Origin: a virus
Taxonomy: Duplodnaviria; Caudoviricetes
DNA: 64,000 bases
Strand: one strand, 5' to 3'
Virus record (IMG/VR): IMGVR_UViG_3300014204_000123
Coordinates: 32,001 to 96,000 of that record
Shown: positions 1 to 6,919 of the stretch, one piece after another
How positions within the stretch are numbered: position 1 is the stretch's first letter
Layout: the number at the start of each line of letters is the position of its first letter
The notes under the pieces: generated by a model
Told to the model about the DNA's origin: nothing
What the model saw: the letters and a program-made list of their open reading frames with translations, nothing else
The model's database searches: none
Position numbers and translations under genes: made by a program

Positions 1-62
1 TGAGTTGGAGATACTGGCGTTTGCCGAAGCAAGAAAGACACGACTTGGACTATAGGTGAGAG

Positions 63-362
63 ATGGACGCAAAGGAGCGAGCTGAGCATGTTGTTGCGGT
101 GTTGTGTGACTCTGCCAGGGAGCAGGCTTTGTCTTGGGAGGCCAAGTTCGAGGCGGCTGAATCCCTCTTGGCCTATAGGTCCAAGATAAGGGAAAGTCTG
201 ACTGCGGAGGTTGGGCTGTCAGGTTCTGAGGCTTCCGAGATTCTTGACGATGAAGGTTGCTGTGAGGTCATTTCCGTGCATCATCGAAAGGGGACGGCTC
301 CGACGATGGTTGCGTGGGGAATTTCGATGGTGAGGTTTGCTACCGTTATGTCGGTGAACTAA
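63..362 (+). CDS. hypothetical protein
   Basis: ORF with upstream AGGTGAG RBS-like sequence; no recognisable motif. Confidence 0.55.
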   Translation: MDAKERAEHVVAVLCDSAREQALSWEAKFEAAESLLAYRSKIRESLTAEVGLSGSEASEILDDEGCCEVISVHHRKGTAPTMVAWGISMVRFATVMSVN

Positions 363-374
363 TAGGAGGCAGGG

Positions 375-917
375 ATGTCGCATCAGATTTTCGTGATACT
401 GAGGCCGGACGAGAAGGATATTGCCAGAGCGTCGTCTCTCGCCGCTCGGTGTTCTAGGCTCGGGAGAGGGTTGCTTGACCCTGAGAAATACCATGAAGAC
501 GACGAGGCAGCGTACAAGCGGTGCACCAAGTTGTTGGGGATGCCGATCCCGCACCTATCCCCATTCCGGCAGATCTTGATACAGGCGGTGATAACGACTG
601 ACATAGCGGTATCCAGGGAGCTTCTGAGGGATGGGTTTCTGGAGGCGGTTGAAGAGAGCACTCGGTATTCTGTGGAGGGTTCGACGCAGGACGAGAAGGA
701 TATGGCGAGGCGAGAGTTGCCGCTTGGCCATGACACGACATTGGTGGTTGCGGACTCTTTGGAGGGCTGGGCGCACATTTACCTTACAAGGAAGCGTGGT
801 CCTTGCGATGTAAGAATGCGGGAGTTGATGGAAGAGTTGAACGTGGAAATGACTGAGGACTATCCTATCCTTTGGCCATTGATGGTCGATGCCAAGCGTC
901 GGCAGTATCTGCCATAG
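375..917 (+). CDS. divergent ThyX-fold (flavin-dependent thymidylate synthase-like) protein
   Basis: Collinear ThyX-like segments AARCS, HLSPF, AVSRELLRDG-x7-STRYS, ARRELP, WAHIYLTR...MREL; the canonical RHR-x7-S reads RDG-x7-S; AGGAGG RBS. Confidence 0.65.
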   Translation: MSHQIFVILRPDEKDIARASSLAARCSRLGRGLLDPEKYHEDDEAAYKRCTKLLGMPIPHLSPFRQILIQAVITTDIAVSRELLRDGFLEAVEESTRYSVEGSTQDEKDMARRELPLGHDTTLVVADSLEGWAHIYLTRKRGPCDVRMRELMEELNVEMTEDYPILWPLMVDAKRRQYLP

Positions 918-921
918 ACCC

Positions 922-935
922 GGCAATTGATTGCA
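922..935. repeat. dispersed 14-bp palindromic motif, copy 1 (GGCAATTGATTGCA)
   Basis: Consensus KGCAATYRATTGCM; other copies start at 7626, 18901, 19789, 23934, 31372, 34928, 42212, 48828, 54869. Confidence 0.85.
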
Positions 936-947
936 CTTGAAAACTAC

Positions 948-976
948 TTGCGCGCGTGAATCCCTCGGGATAGTAT
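948..976 (+). promoter_or_regulatory. putative sigma70-type promoter
   Basis: TTGCGC-17 bp-TAGTAT in an intergenic region. Confidence 0.5.
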
Positions 977-994
977 AGGTGTAACGGCGTGTGG

Positions 995-1063
995 GGCCGG
1001 GCATTTCGGCCAGACAGGGCTGTAGTTTCAACAGGTTAGAAAGCCACAATGCAGGTTCGCCTG
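995..1063 (+). ncRNA. structured leader / tRNA-like remnant
   Basis: Hairpins GGCCG/CGGCC, TTTC-AACAGGTTA-GAAA (D-arm-like) and CAGG-TTCG-CCTG; no anticodon arm or acceptor stem. Confidence 0.35.
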
Positions 1064-1079
1064 ATAACGGAGGGACATT

Positions 1080-1445
1080 ATGGGATCTTACGTTCAGAAA
1101 TTGCTTGATTTGGTCGAGGGTTCACCTACCTCGGACAAGGGAAACAAGCCTGGGAACCCCTGGCACGACAAAGATGGCCACTTCGGCCTCAATAAGTCTG
1201 GGGCTTCGGTTTGGGCCTCTGTTGATGCTCCTGGCGAGCACTTCCTTGCGTATCCGAGCAAGAACCGCACCAAAGAGAAGCCCTGGAGCGCTACCAAGGC
1301 AAAGGGAATTCCGCAGGCTTGCGGCCGATGGGATCGCAGCGTCGTGTGCAAGCACGCAGTGAAGTTCAAGAAGGGCCTTCGTGGCAATGCTTCCAGCGCA
1401 AAGCTTCAGGCCGCAAAGAAGCGGGACTCGGAAGCTTCCGCATAG
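1080..1445 (+). CDS. basic protein, putative head-internal protein
   Basis: N-terminal LLDLVE/G; NPWHDKDGHF motif; Lys-rich; GGAGG RBS. Confidence 0.6.
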   Translation: MGSYVQKLLDLVEGSPTSDKGNKPGNPWHDKDGHFGLNKSGASVWASVDAPGEHFLAYPSKNRTKEKPWSATKAKGIPQACGRWDRSVVCKHAVKFKKGLRGNASSAKLQAAKKRDSEASA

Positions 1446-1487
1446 TCCGGTTCCACACCTATCCAGTAGATTTTCAGGAGGGTTCAT

Positions 1488-2915
1488 ATGAAAGTAACAG
1501 TTACAGCAACAACAGCTACAGATGTCCAACTTCCGCCCCCGTTTAGCACCGCGATCAATTCCGGGGACTCTCCGGCGGTGGCATACATTCGTTTCTCCGA
1601 TGTCCAGAGCATCCATTGGCAAGAGATCGTGAGACTGCGCCAGTCTGGCAAGATCACGGTTGCTTGGGATGCCGACACCGGACCGCTCTTTGACGACGAG
1701 ACGTTCCTTGACACGATGCTGCGCAACAGTGGCGTGGCCGCCGATGCCGTGGCGACGACCGCTGCTCTTCGGGGAATTCTCCAGGCCGACCGTACCAACC
1801 GGCAGATCCGACTGGTGCAGGCAGAGAACAGTCTGTATCGCTTTGAGACTGGTGCCGTTGCTGGTGGAGAAACACCTTCCGACGTTGACGACGGCCGATG
1901 GTACGAGATTGGCAGTGCTGTCAACGATTGGGGCATTGTTGGCGAGATGGCCTCTGTTGCTCCGGGTACGGCTGCCGCCGCCGGAACGACCTTCAAGGTT
2001 GCCCGCATTGACCATTCCCATGCAGTTGCGACCGGCGTTGTCGGTGAAGTGGTCTCGCTCACGCCTGCGACCACCAATGCTGCTGGCTCCATCCTCAAGG
2101 TTGCCCTTGTCGATCACGCCCATGCAGTTGCGACTGGCGTTGTTGGCGAACTGATTGCCGTCGCTCCCGATACGGCTGCCGCCGCCGGAACGACTGACAA
2201 GTTCGCTCGCATCGACCATGCTCACTCCCTTGCGACTGGTCTGGTCGGGGAACTGATTGCCGTTGCTCCTGACACGGTTGCTGCCGCTGGCACTACCAGT
2301 AAGGTTGCTCGTGTTGATCATGCCCATGCTCTTGCCACGGGCGTTGTTGGCGAGATGATTGCCATTGCCCCCGATACCGCTGCTGCCGCCGGAACCACCA
2401 ATAAGGTTGCCCGCATCGATCACGTCCATGGCGTTGCCACTGGCTTGGTTGGTGAAGTCGCTGCTGTTGGTTCTGCTGCCGCTGCTGGCACGACTAGCAA
2501 GCTGGCGAGAATCGATCACGTCCACGCCTTGGCCCTGACCAAGGAGATGGTTGCAGTTGCCGATGCCGGTACTGCTTTCGTCCCGATCGTCAAGGGTTAT
2601 ATATGTACTCCTGGTGGCGGGGCCACTGGAGCGATCTTCAACGCGAACTGCCCGATGAAGCTCAAGCTGGTTGACGTGGCAGTCCGATGCCTCGCCGTGA
2701 GCGGTGGCGGGACTATCCAGCTTTACGATGGAGACCCAGGCGCCGGTGGCGCTCCGATCACCAATGCAATAGCGTGTGCTACGGATGAGGCCATTACCCG
2801 AGCTGGGTCGATTGCTTCAAACGACACTATTGCCGTGAACGGCAGTTTGTGGTACTCCAAGAATGCTGCCGCAGACGGTGGCGTTGTCATGATGACGTTC
2901 ATGCACACAACGTGA
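1488..2915 (+). CDS. virion fibre protein with six 34-aa DHxH repeats
   Basis: Ala/Gly/Thr-rich; repeats GxVGE...AAAAGTT.K.ARIDHxH; HxH metal-binding motifs are typical of trimeric phage fibres. Confidence 0.75.
   Translation: MKVTVTATTATDVQLPPPFSTAINSGDSPAVAYIRFSDVQSIHWQEIVRLRQSGKITVAWDADTGPLFDDETFLDTMLRNSGVAADAVATTAALRGILQADRTNRQIRLVQAENSLYRFETGAVAGGETPSDVDDGRWYEIGSAVNDWGIVGEMASVAPGTAAAAGTTFKVARIDHSHAVATGVVGEVVSLTPATTNAAGSILKVALVDHAHAVATGVVGELIAVAPDTAAAAGTTDKFARIDHAHSLATGLVGELIAVAPDTVAAAGTTSKVARVDHAHALATGVVGEMIAIAPDTAAAAGTTNKVARIDHVHGVATGLVGEVAAVGSAAAAGTTSKLARIDHVHALALTKEMVAVADAGTAFVPIVKGYICTPGGGATGAIFNANCPMKLKLVDVAVRCLAVSGGGTIQLYDGDPGAGGAPITNAIACATDEAITRAGSIASNDTIAVNGSLWYSKNAAADGGVVMMTFMHTT
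1932..2537 (+). repeat. six tandem ~102-bp coding repeats
   Basis: Units start at about 1932, 2034, 2136, 2238, 2340, 2442. Confidence 0.9.
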
Positions 2916-2925
2916 TAGGTCTCAC

Positions 2926-3243
2926 ATGAGGCAACTTCGCCGGTTAGAACGTCTTGTCGAGTCTTCTCTTTTGGAGGGGAGATCTTCGAGTAGGACAGGG
3001 ATAACCGGCCGAAGCCCTCAGTCGGTTCTTCTGCTACTAGCGAACCTATCGACAGCCCCCGATGAGTACAGTACAGACGCTGCCGCCAAGGCTATGTTTA
3101 CCAAGTTCAAGCTGGGTAAGAAGCTGAAAAAGATGGTTGCATCCAAGGCCCGCAAGGAGCGAGATCTCCAGGCCGGGCTCCGTGCTGCTCAAATGGGGGC
3201 TTACGGTGGGGGATATTCCGGGGACGGGGAGGCTCAGCAATGA
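2926..3243 (+). CDS. hypothetical, putative head-internal protein
   Basis: N-terminal LRRLERLVE/SSLLE/G; basic C-terminal half. Confidence 0.55.
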   Translation: MRQLRRLERLVESSLLEGRSSSRTGITGRSPQSVLLLLANLSTAPDEYSTDAAAKAMFTKFKLGKKLKKMVASKARKERDLQAGLRAAQMGAYGGGYSGDGEAQQ

Positions 3244-3671
3244 GTACGTATGGCAGGTATGGAGTAGAACAAATTGCTAGGCTTTTACACGAGGAAGCCT
3301 ACCGCCCGGTGTATGCCTCTCGCAATGATGGGGCTAACTACTGGTTCTATCGAACGAAGGGGGCTATTGGTGGGTTTGGCCTGAAGGGAACTGCTCACGA
3401 ATTTAGCATTTTCCCTCTTAGCGATTTCGACAAGGACTATGTGAAGGACGTGAAGTTGAAGTCGGGGGAGTCGCTCTTCCGATATGATACGGATAAGTCT
3501 CGTGGCATTACGCAGCCCCTTGTGAAGCTGAATCCAGAGCGAGGTCTCGTGTACTTCCTGGACCCGAAGGTTTCCAGTGGTGAGGTTGACGAACCGTCCT
3601 TTGATTCCCGTGGAACACGGATGAGGTATTGTGTGATTCTTGACGAATATAGGACTGGAGGTGACCAATGA
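3240..3671 (+). CDS. hypothetical, putative head-internal protein
   Basis: ATGA overlap with the upstream gene; N-terminal IARLLHE/E. Confidence 0.6.
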   Translation: MSTYGRYGVEQIARLLHEEAYRPVYASRNDGANYWFYRTKGAIGGFGLKGTAHEFSIFPLSDFDKDYVKDVKLKSGESLFRYDTDKSRGITQPLVKLNPERGLVYFLDPKVSSGEVDEPSFDSRGTRMRYCVILDEYRTGGDQ

Positions 3672-4087
3672 AGAAATTGTTTGCGGCTGTAGGGCTGACA
3701 CTTTTGGCGATGCTGCTGACCGGGTGCGAGGCAGGGGAAGTTGGGCTTACGATTCTGGACAACCTTATCCCCATTGTCTTTGCCATTCTCACTCCGATCC
3801 TGGCGTTGCTTGCTCGTGCGCTCATTCGATGGCTTCAAGAGAAGTTGGACTTTGAGGTCGACATCGAGAAGGAGAACAAGCTGCTGGAATTGGTGATGGA
3901 CGGTATTGCCTACGCCGAAGAGCAGTCAAAGAAGGCAATCAAGGAAGACAAGAAGCTTCCGTCCGGCGACAAGTTACGCCTTGCTATTGAGTACGTTTCA
4001 GATCGAATTGAGGAGTTGGGCTTGCCGAAGCTGGCGGGTGACAAGTTGGCGAAGATGATTGAGTCCAGACTGGGGCAGACCAGATAG
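3668..4087 (+). CDS. LL-H-type holin-like membrane protein with N-terminal lipobox
   Basis: Signal peptide ending LLTGC, a TM helix, then GIAYAEEQ...GDKLRLAIEY typical of the LL-H holin family. Confidence 0.6.
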   Translation: MKKLFAAVGLTLLAMLLTGCEAGEVGLTILDNLIPIVFAILTPILALLARALIRWLQEKLDFEVDIEKENKLLELVMDGIAYAEEQSKKAIKEDKKLPSGDKLRLAIEYVSDRIEELGLPKLAGDKLAKMIESRLGQTR

Positions 4088-4094
4088 GTGATAC

Positions 4095-4373
4095 ATGGCG
4101 ACTGCGTGGGCGTGGATGAAGCGGTGGTGGTGGGTTTTCGTGTTGGGTTTGGTTGCTGTTGCTGCCTTTTTGGCTGGGGTTTTGAGTCGAGGTAAGGGAA
4201 CGGGTGGAAGCATTGGTTCTCAGATTCTGGACGCTCAGGCCAAATACGCCGAGAAGAAAGTCCGGGCAGAAGTGATATTTGCGGATGAAAAGAAGGACCT
4301 GGATCTGGCGGTTTCCGAGCCAGATCTTCGGAAGCGAAGAGACAGAATAGTCGGGTTACTGAAAGACCTGTAG
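4095..4373 (+). CDS. N-terminal TM plus helical domain protein, i-spanin candidate
   Basis: WWWVFVLGLVAVAAFLAGVL TM followed by a charged helical domain; directly after the holin. Confidence 0.5.
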   Translation: MATAWAWMKRWWWVFVLGLVAVAAFLAGVLSRGKGTGGSIGSQILDAQAKYAEKKVRAEVIFADEKKDLDLAVSEPDLRKRRDRIVGLLKDL

Positions 4374-4382
4374 GAGCGGCGA

Positions 4383-4622
4383 ATGAGGAGAGAAGTGATG
4401 TTCTGCGGCGTAGCAGGCCGTGCGGTGAAAAAGAGTGTGTGTGGGTCGTGCAGGTCGTACCTATTGCAGAGCGAGGACTTTGCGAAGGTGCGGGGGACGT
4501 GTCCGGTGTATCAGGACAAGCTCCGGCTTGCGAGTGAAGCGAAAGAGGCAAGAGCGATGGCTGGCCCAAAGGTCAGTGCGTTTGCTTTGAGCCCAGACAT
4601 TGACCCTGAGATTGCTTATTGA
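4383..4622 (+). CDS. small Cys-containing hypothetical protein
   Basis: AGGAG RBS; CxxC motif. Confidence 0.45.
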   Translation: MRREVMFCGVAGRAVKKSVCGSCRSYLLQSEDFAKVRGTCPVYQDKLRLASEAKEARAMAGPKVSAFALSPDIDPEIAY

Positions 4623-4977
4623 GGCGATGATGGAAGCGCTAATGGAGATGATGGGGGCCGTAGAGTTTGTGGAGGTCCCCTCCGATGCGTATGTGGCGAA
4701 GCTGGTTCGCAAGTCAGGGAAGGCCCGAGCTGTTGTGAAGCAAGGTGAATCGAAGGTCAGAGAGTTCAAGGGCGGTACGTTTTCGTCGTTGCTGTCCGAA
4801 TGCGCTGACTGGACGAGGGTTATTGCTGGGGTCCAAGGGATCGTACCCAAGCAGGTTGTGGACGAGGGCTACGTCGAATACGCCCTGGTCCAAGGGGCAT
4901 GGCGTAAGGTTGTGGACACCTATGGTTCTGGCCGCATGGTTGCGGTGCATGTTTTCCCCGAAGCGGTGGGGTCGTGA
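4600..4977 (+). CDS. hypothetical protein
   Basis: ORF with phage-like codon use; start uncertain. Confidence 0.5.
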   Translation: MTLRLLIEAMMEALMEMMGAVEFVEVPSDAYVAKLVRKSGKARAVVKQGESKVREFKGGTFSSLLSECADWTRVIAGVQGIVPKQVVDEGYVEYALVQGAWRKVVDTYGSGRMVAVHVFPEAVGS

Positions 4978-5098
4978 CCATGGAAGACATTATTGGCAGG
5001 GCTTTGTTTTTTGTATCTGCATTCAGTCTGGCGTTGATTTTCGCCGGGTTGATTGTCGGGTGTGTGGTAAGTTCGATACGCAAGCGTAGGGGGCACCA

Positions 5099-5923
5099 AT
5101 GAACGACGGCATAGCTAGGCTGGGTTACCTTCTCTCCGAGAGTTCTGACGAACTTGTATTTGAGGGCGCCGATGTCGAAATAGCGAAGACCATCATATCT
5201 CAGATGGGCGGTAGCCGGGTGAAGACCATGGCTGGGGCGAGAACGTTTGTGGCGGTTCCAGAAGGGGATTCCGGGGGTCTTGGTGGAGTGACCTTTTCGT
5301 TCCCGAACAGGATTCGTTCAAGAGGCAATGCGGTCAAGATCGTGTTGATGCCGGACGATACGTATACCGTGACGTTCTACAACGGGATGAAGGAAGTCAA
5401 GAGTTACGATGGTGTTTACAACGATTCTCTGATTGACGTTTTCGAGCGGCAGACGGGTGTGTATCTGACTATCAACCCAAGGAAGCAGGAGAGTCAGGAA
5501 GACGCTGCGAACCTGTCCGAGGGTACGCCTAGTGAGGGCCTAGTCCTGGAGGCTAGGATAAGTCCATCGGCCATGTTTGACCTATACATCAGGATGGCGG
5601 CTCAGGACTTTCTTGCCCTTATCATCGACGGTCTTCCCAAGGGGTTTGATGCTCCCAAGATTCAAGGTTACGGAGACTCGGGCCTGAGAAGTGCGGAAGG
5701 GAAGCTCCTGTCCAGGTCGGACGTGGAAGGGACCTATGGCATACTGGTTACGATTGATCTTAAGGCGCCGTACTTTAGCATGGTCCGAGTTACGGCCGAC
5801 GTTTCTATCCCTGGGCAGATGAAGCAGGAGAAGATTTTCGACGTAGGCAAGAGCGGGTTGTTTGCATCGGAAGCTATAAAAATCAACAAGTGGCTTGGCT
5901 TTGCATCGGGGGTGGAATCATGA
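5099..5923 (+). CDS. two-domain protein with multiple LxE sites, putative head-internal polyprotein
   Basis: IARLGYLLSE/S, LVFE/G, internal NLSE/G and LVLE/A separating two globular-looking domains. Confidence 0.6.
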   Translation: MNDGIARLGYLLSESSDELVFEGADVEIAKTIISQMGGSRVKTMAGARTFVAVPEGDSGGLGGVTFSFPNRIRSRGNAVKIVLMPDDTYTVTFYNGMKEVKSYDGVYNDSLIDVFERQTGVYLTINPRKQESQEDAANLSEGTPSEGLVLEARISPSAMFDLYIRMAAQDFLALIIDGLPKGFDAPKIQGYGDSGLRSAEGKLLSRSDVEGTYGILVTIDLKAPYFSMVRVTADVSIPGQMKQEKIFDVGKSGLFASEAIKINKWLGFASGVES

Positions 5924-6405
5924 CCCATTTGTCGAGGCTTGGGGCTCTGCTAGAGGATGATACAGGATTCGGGCGGAAGTGGGGCGTTGAGGGAGGGGAC
6001 ATTCAGCCCTATCTGGATGCGCTGAAAAAGCTATTGGCTGCGAACTTCGATACAGACGTAACGGGGAAGTTTGAGGCGAAGGTGGGGTCGGTGTTCGACG
6101 ACTTCGTTATTTGGGATGTTGCATCTCAAAAGACGTTTCCGTTGGCCGGAGGAAAAGGCAAGCGCATACCTATGGTCCGAGTTAATATGGTTTTAGAGGT
6201 AATCAAGGAAGGAACTTCATTTGTGCCACAATGTTCGGCAAGTATGGACGTAGGGGTTATGAACGGGAAGCCAGATGGGGCCTGGACGAATCAGCATTTG
6301 AGTATTGGCAGCGACAAGGGTCTCGAATGGCCTCCTGCCAAGGTTGCTGATTTCGTTCGTTGGATTGAGCCATCCATCAAGAAACTCGCTGCCTCGTCGA
6401 AATAG
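5920..6405 (+). CDS. hypothetical, putative head-internal protein
   Basis: ATGA overlap; N-terminal LSRLGALLE/D. Confidence 0.6.
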   Translation: MTHLSRLGALLEDDTGFGRKWGVEGGDIQPYLDALKKLLAANFDTDVTGKFEAKVGSVFDDFVIWDVASQKTFPLAGGKGKRIPMVRVNMVLEVIKEGTSFVPQCSASMDVGVMNGKPDGAWTNQHLSIGSDKGLEWPPAKVADFVRWIEPSIKKLAASSK

Positions 6406-6425
6406 GTGATTTGCTATGGGGGATT

Positions 6426-6848
6426 ATGATGCGGATGCTATTGGTGATGCTGCTGTGCGCCGGTTGTGCGAGTACGGGGACTCCAGTTCTGACTTTGCCC
6501 AAGGTAGAGATTGTCGAGGTCCCGGCTCCCGCACCTATTCCAGAGAGCGAAGATTGGGTAGAGGCAGTGTACCAAGAGGACGGCTTCCCCAAGGGTGGGG
6601 TTTTGATGGGGGATGGGAAAGCACTGCGTTGCGGATGGTACAAGATTGAGTTCGACAGGTTTTCCGCTCTGTATCAGGCGGAAGCACAAATGCGGTCCGA
6701 CGAGCACGTTGCGGTAGTTGCATATCAGGCTTCGGTTTCGGAAAGCGATACATGGTTGACTAGGAATGAGTTTGTGATAGGCGGCGCCTTGGGCCTTGCC
6801 ATTGGGGTGGGCATTTCCATCCTTGTGGCGTTCGCTGCCGGGCAGTAA
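6426..6848 (+). CDS. unimolecular spanin candidate
   Basis: Signal peptide with lipobox LCAGC, Pro-rich linker, C-terminal TM FVIGGALGLAIGVGISILVAFAA. Confidence 0.55.
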   Translation: MMRMLLVMLLCAGCASTGTPVLTLPKVEIVEVPAPAPIPESEDWVEAVYQEDGFPKGGVLMGDGKALRCGWYKIEFDRFSALYQAEAQMRSDEHVAVVAYQASVSESDTWLTRNEFVIGGALGLAIGVGISILVAFAAGQ

Positions 6849-6871
6849 TTCTCACCCTATAAATTTCCCGC

Positions 6872-6900
6872 TTGACAATAATCTTGTGACCCCTTATGCT
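6872..6900 (+). promoter_or_regulatory. class A sigma70 promoter
   Basis: AAATTTCCCGC-TTGACA-17 bp-TATGCT. Confidence 0.8.
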
Positions 6901-6919
6901 TCAAGGCGTGGAGGGGACA

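Noticed and set aside
1017-1063. Intact tRNA gene
   Set aside because: No anticodon stem-loop, complete T-arm or acceptor 3' strand; kept only as a tRNA-like leader
1122-2525. 467-aa minus-strand ORF with repeats
   Set aside because: Antisense shadow of the repetitive GC-rich fibre gene; no RBS or independent motif
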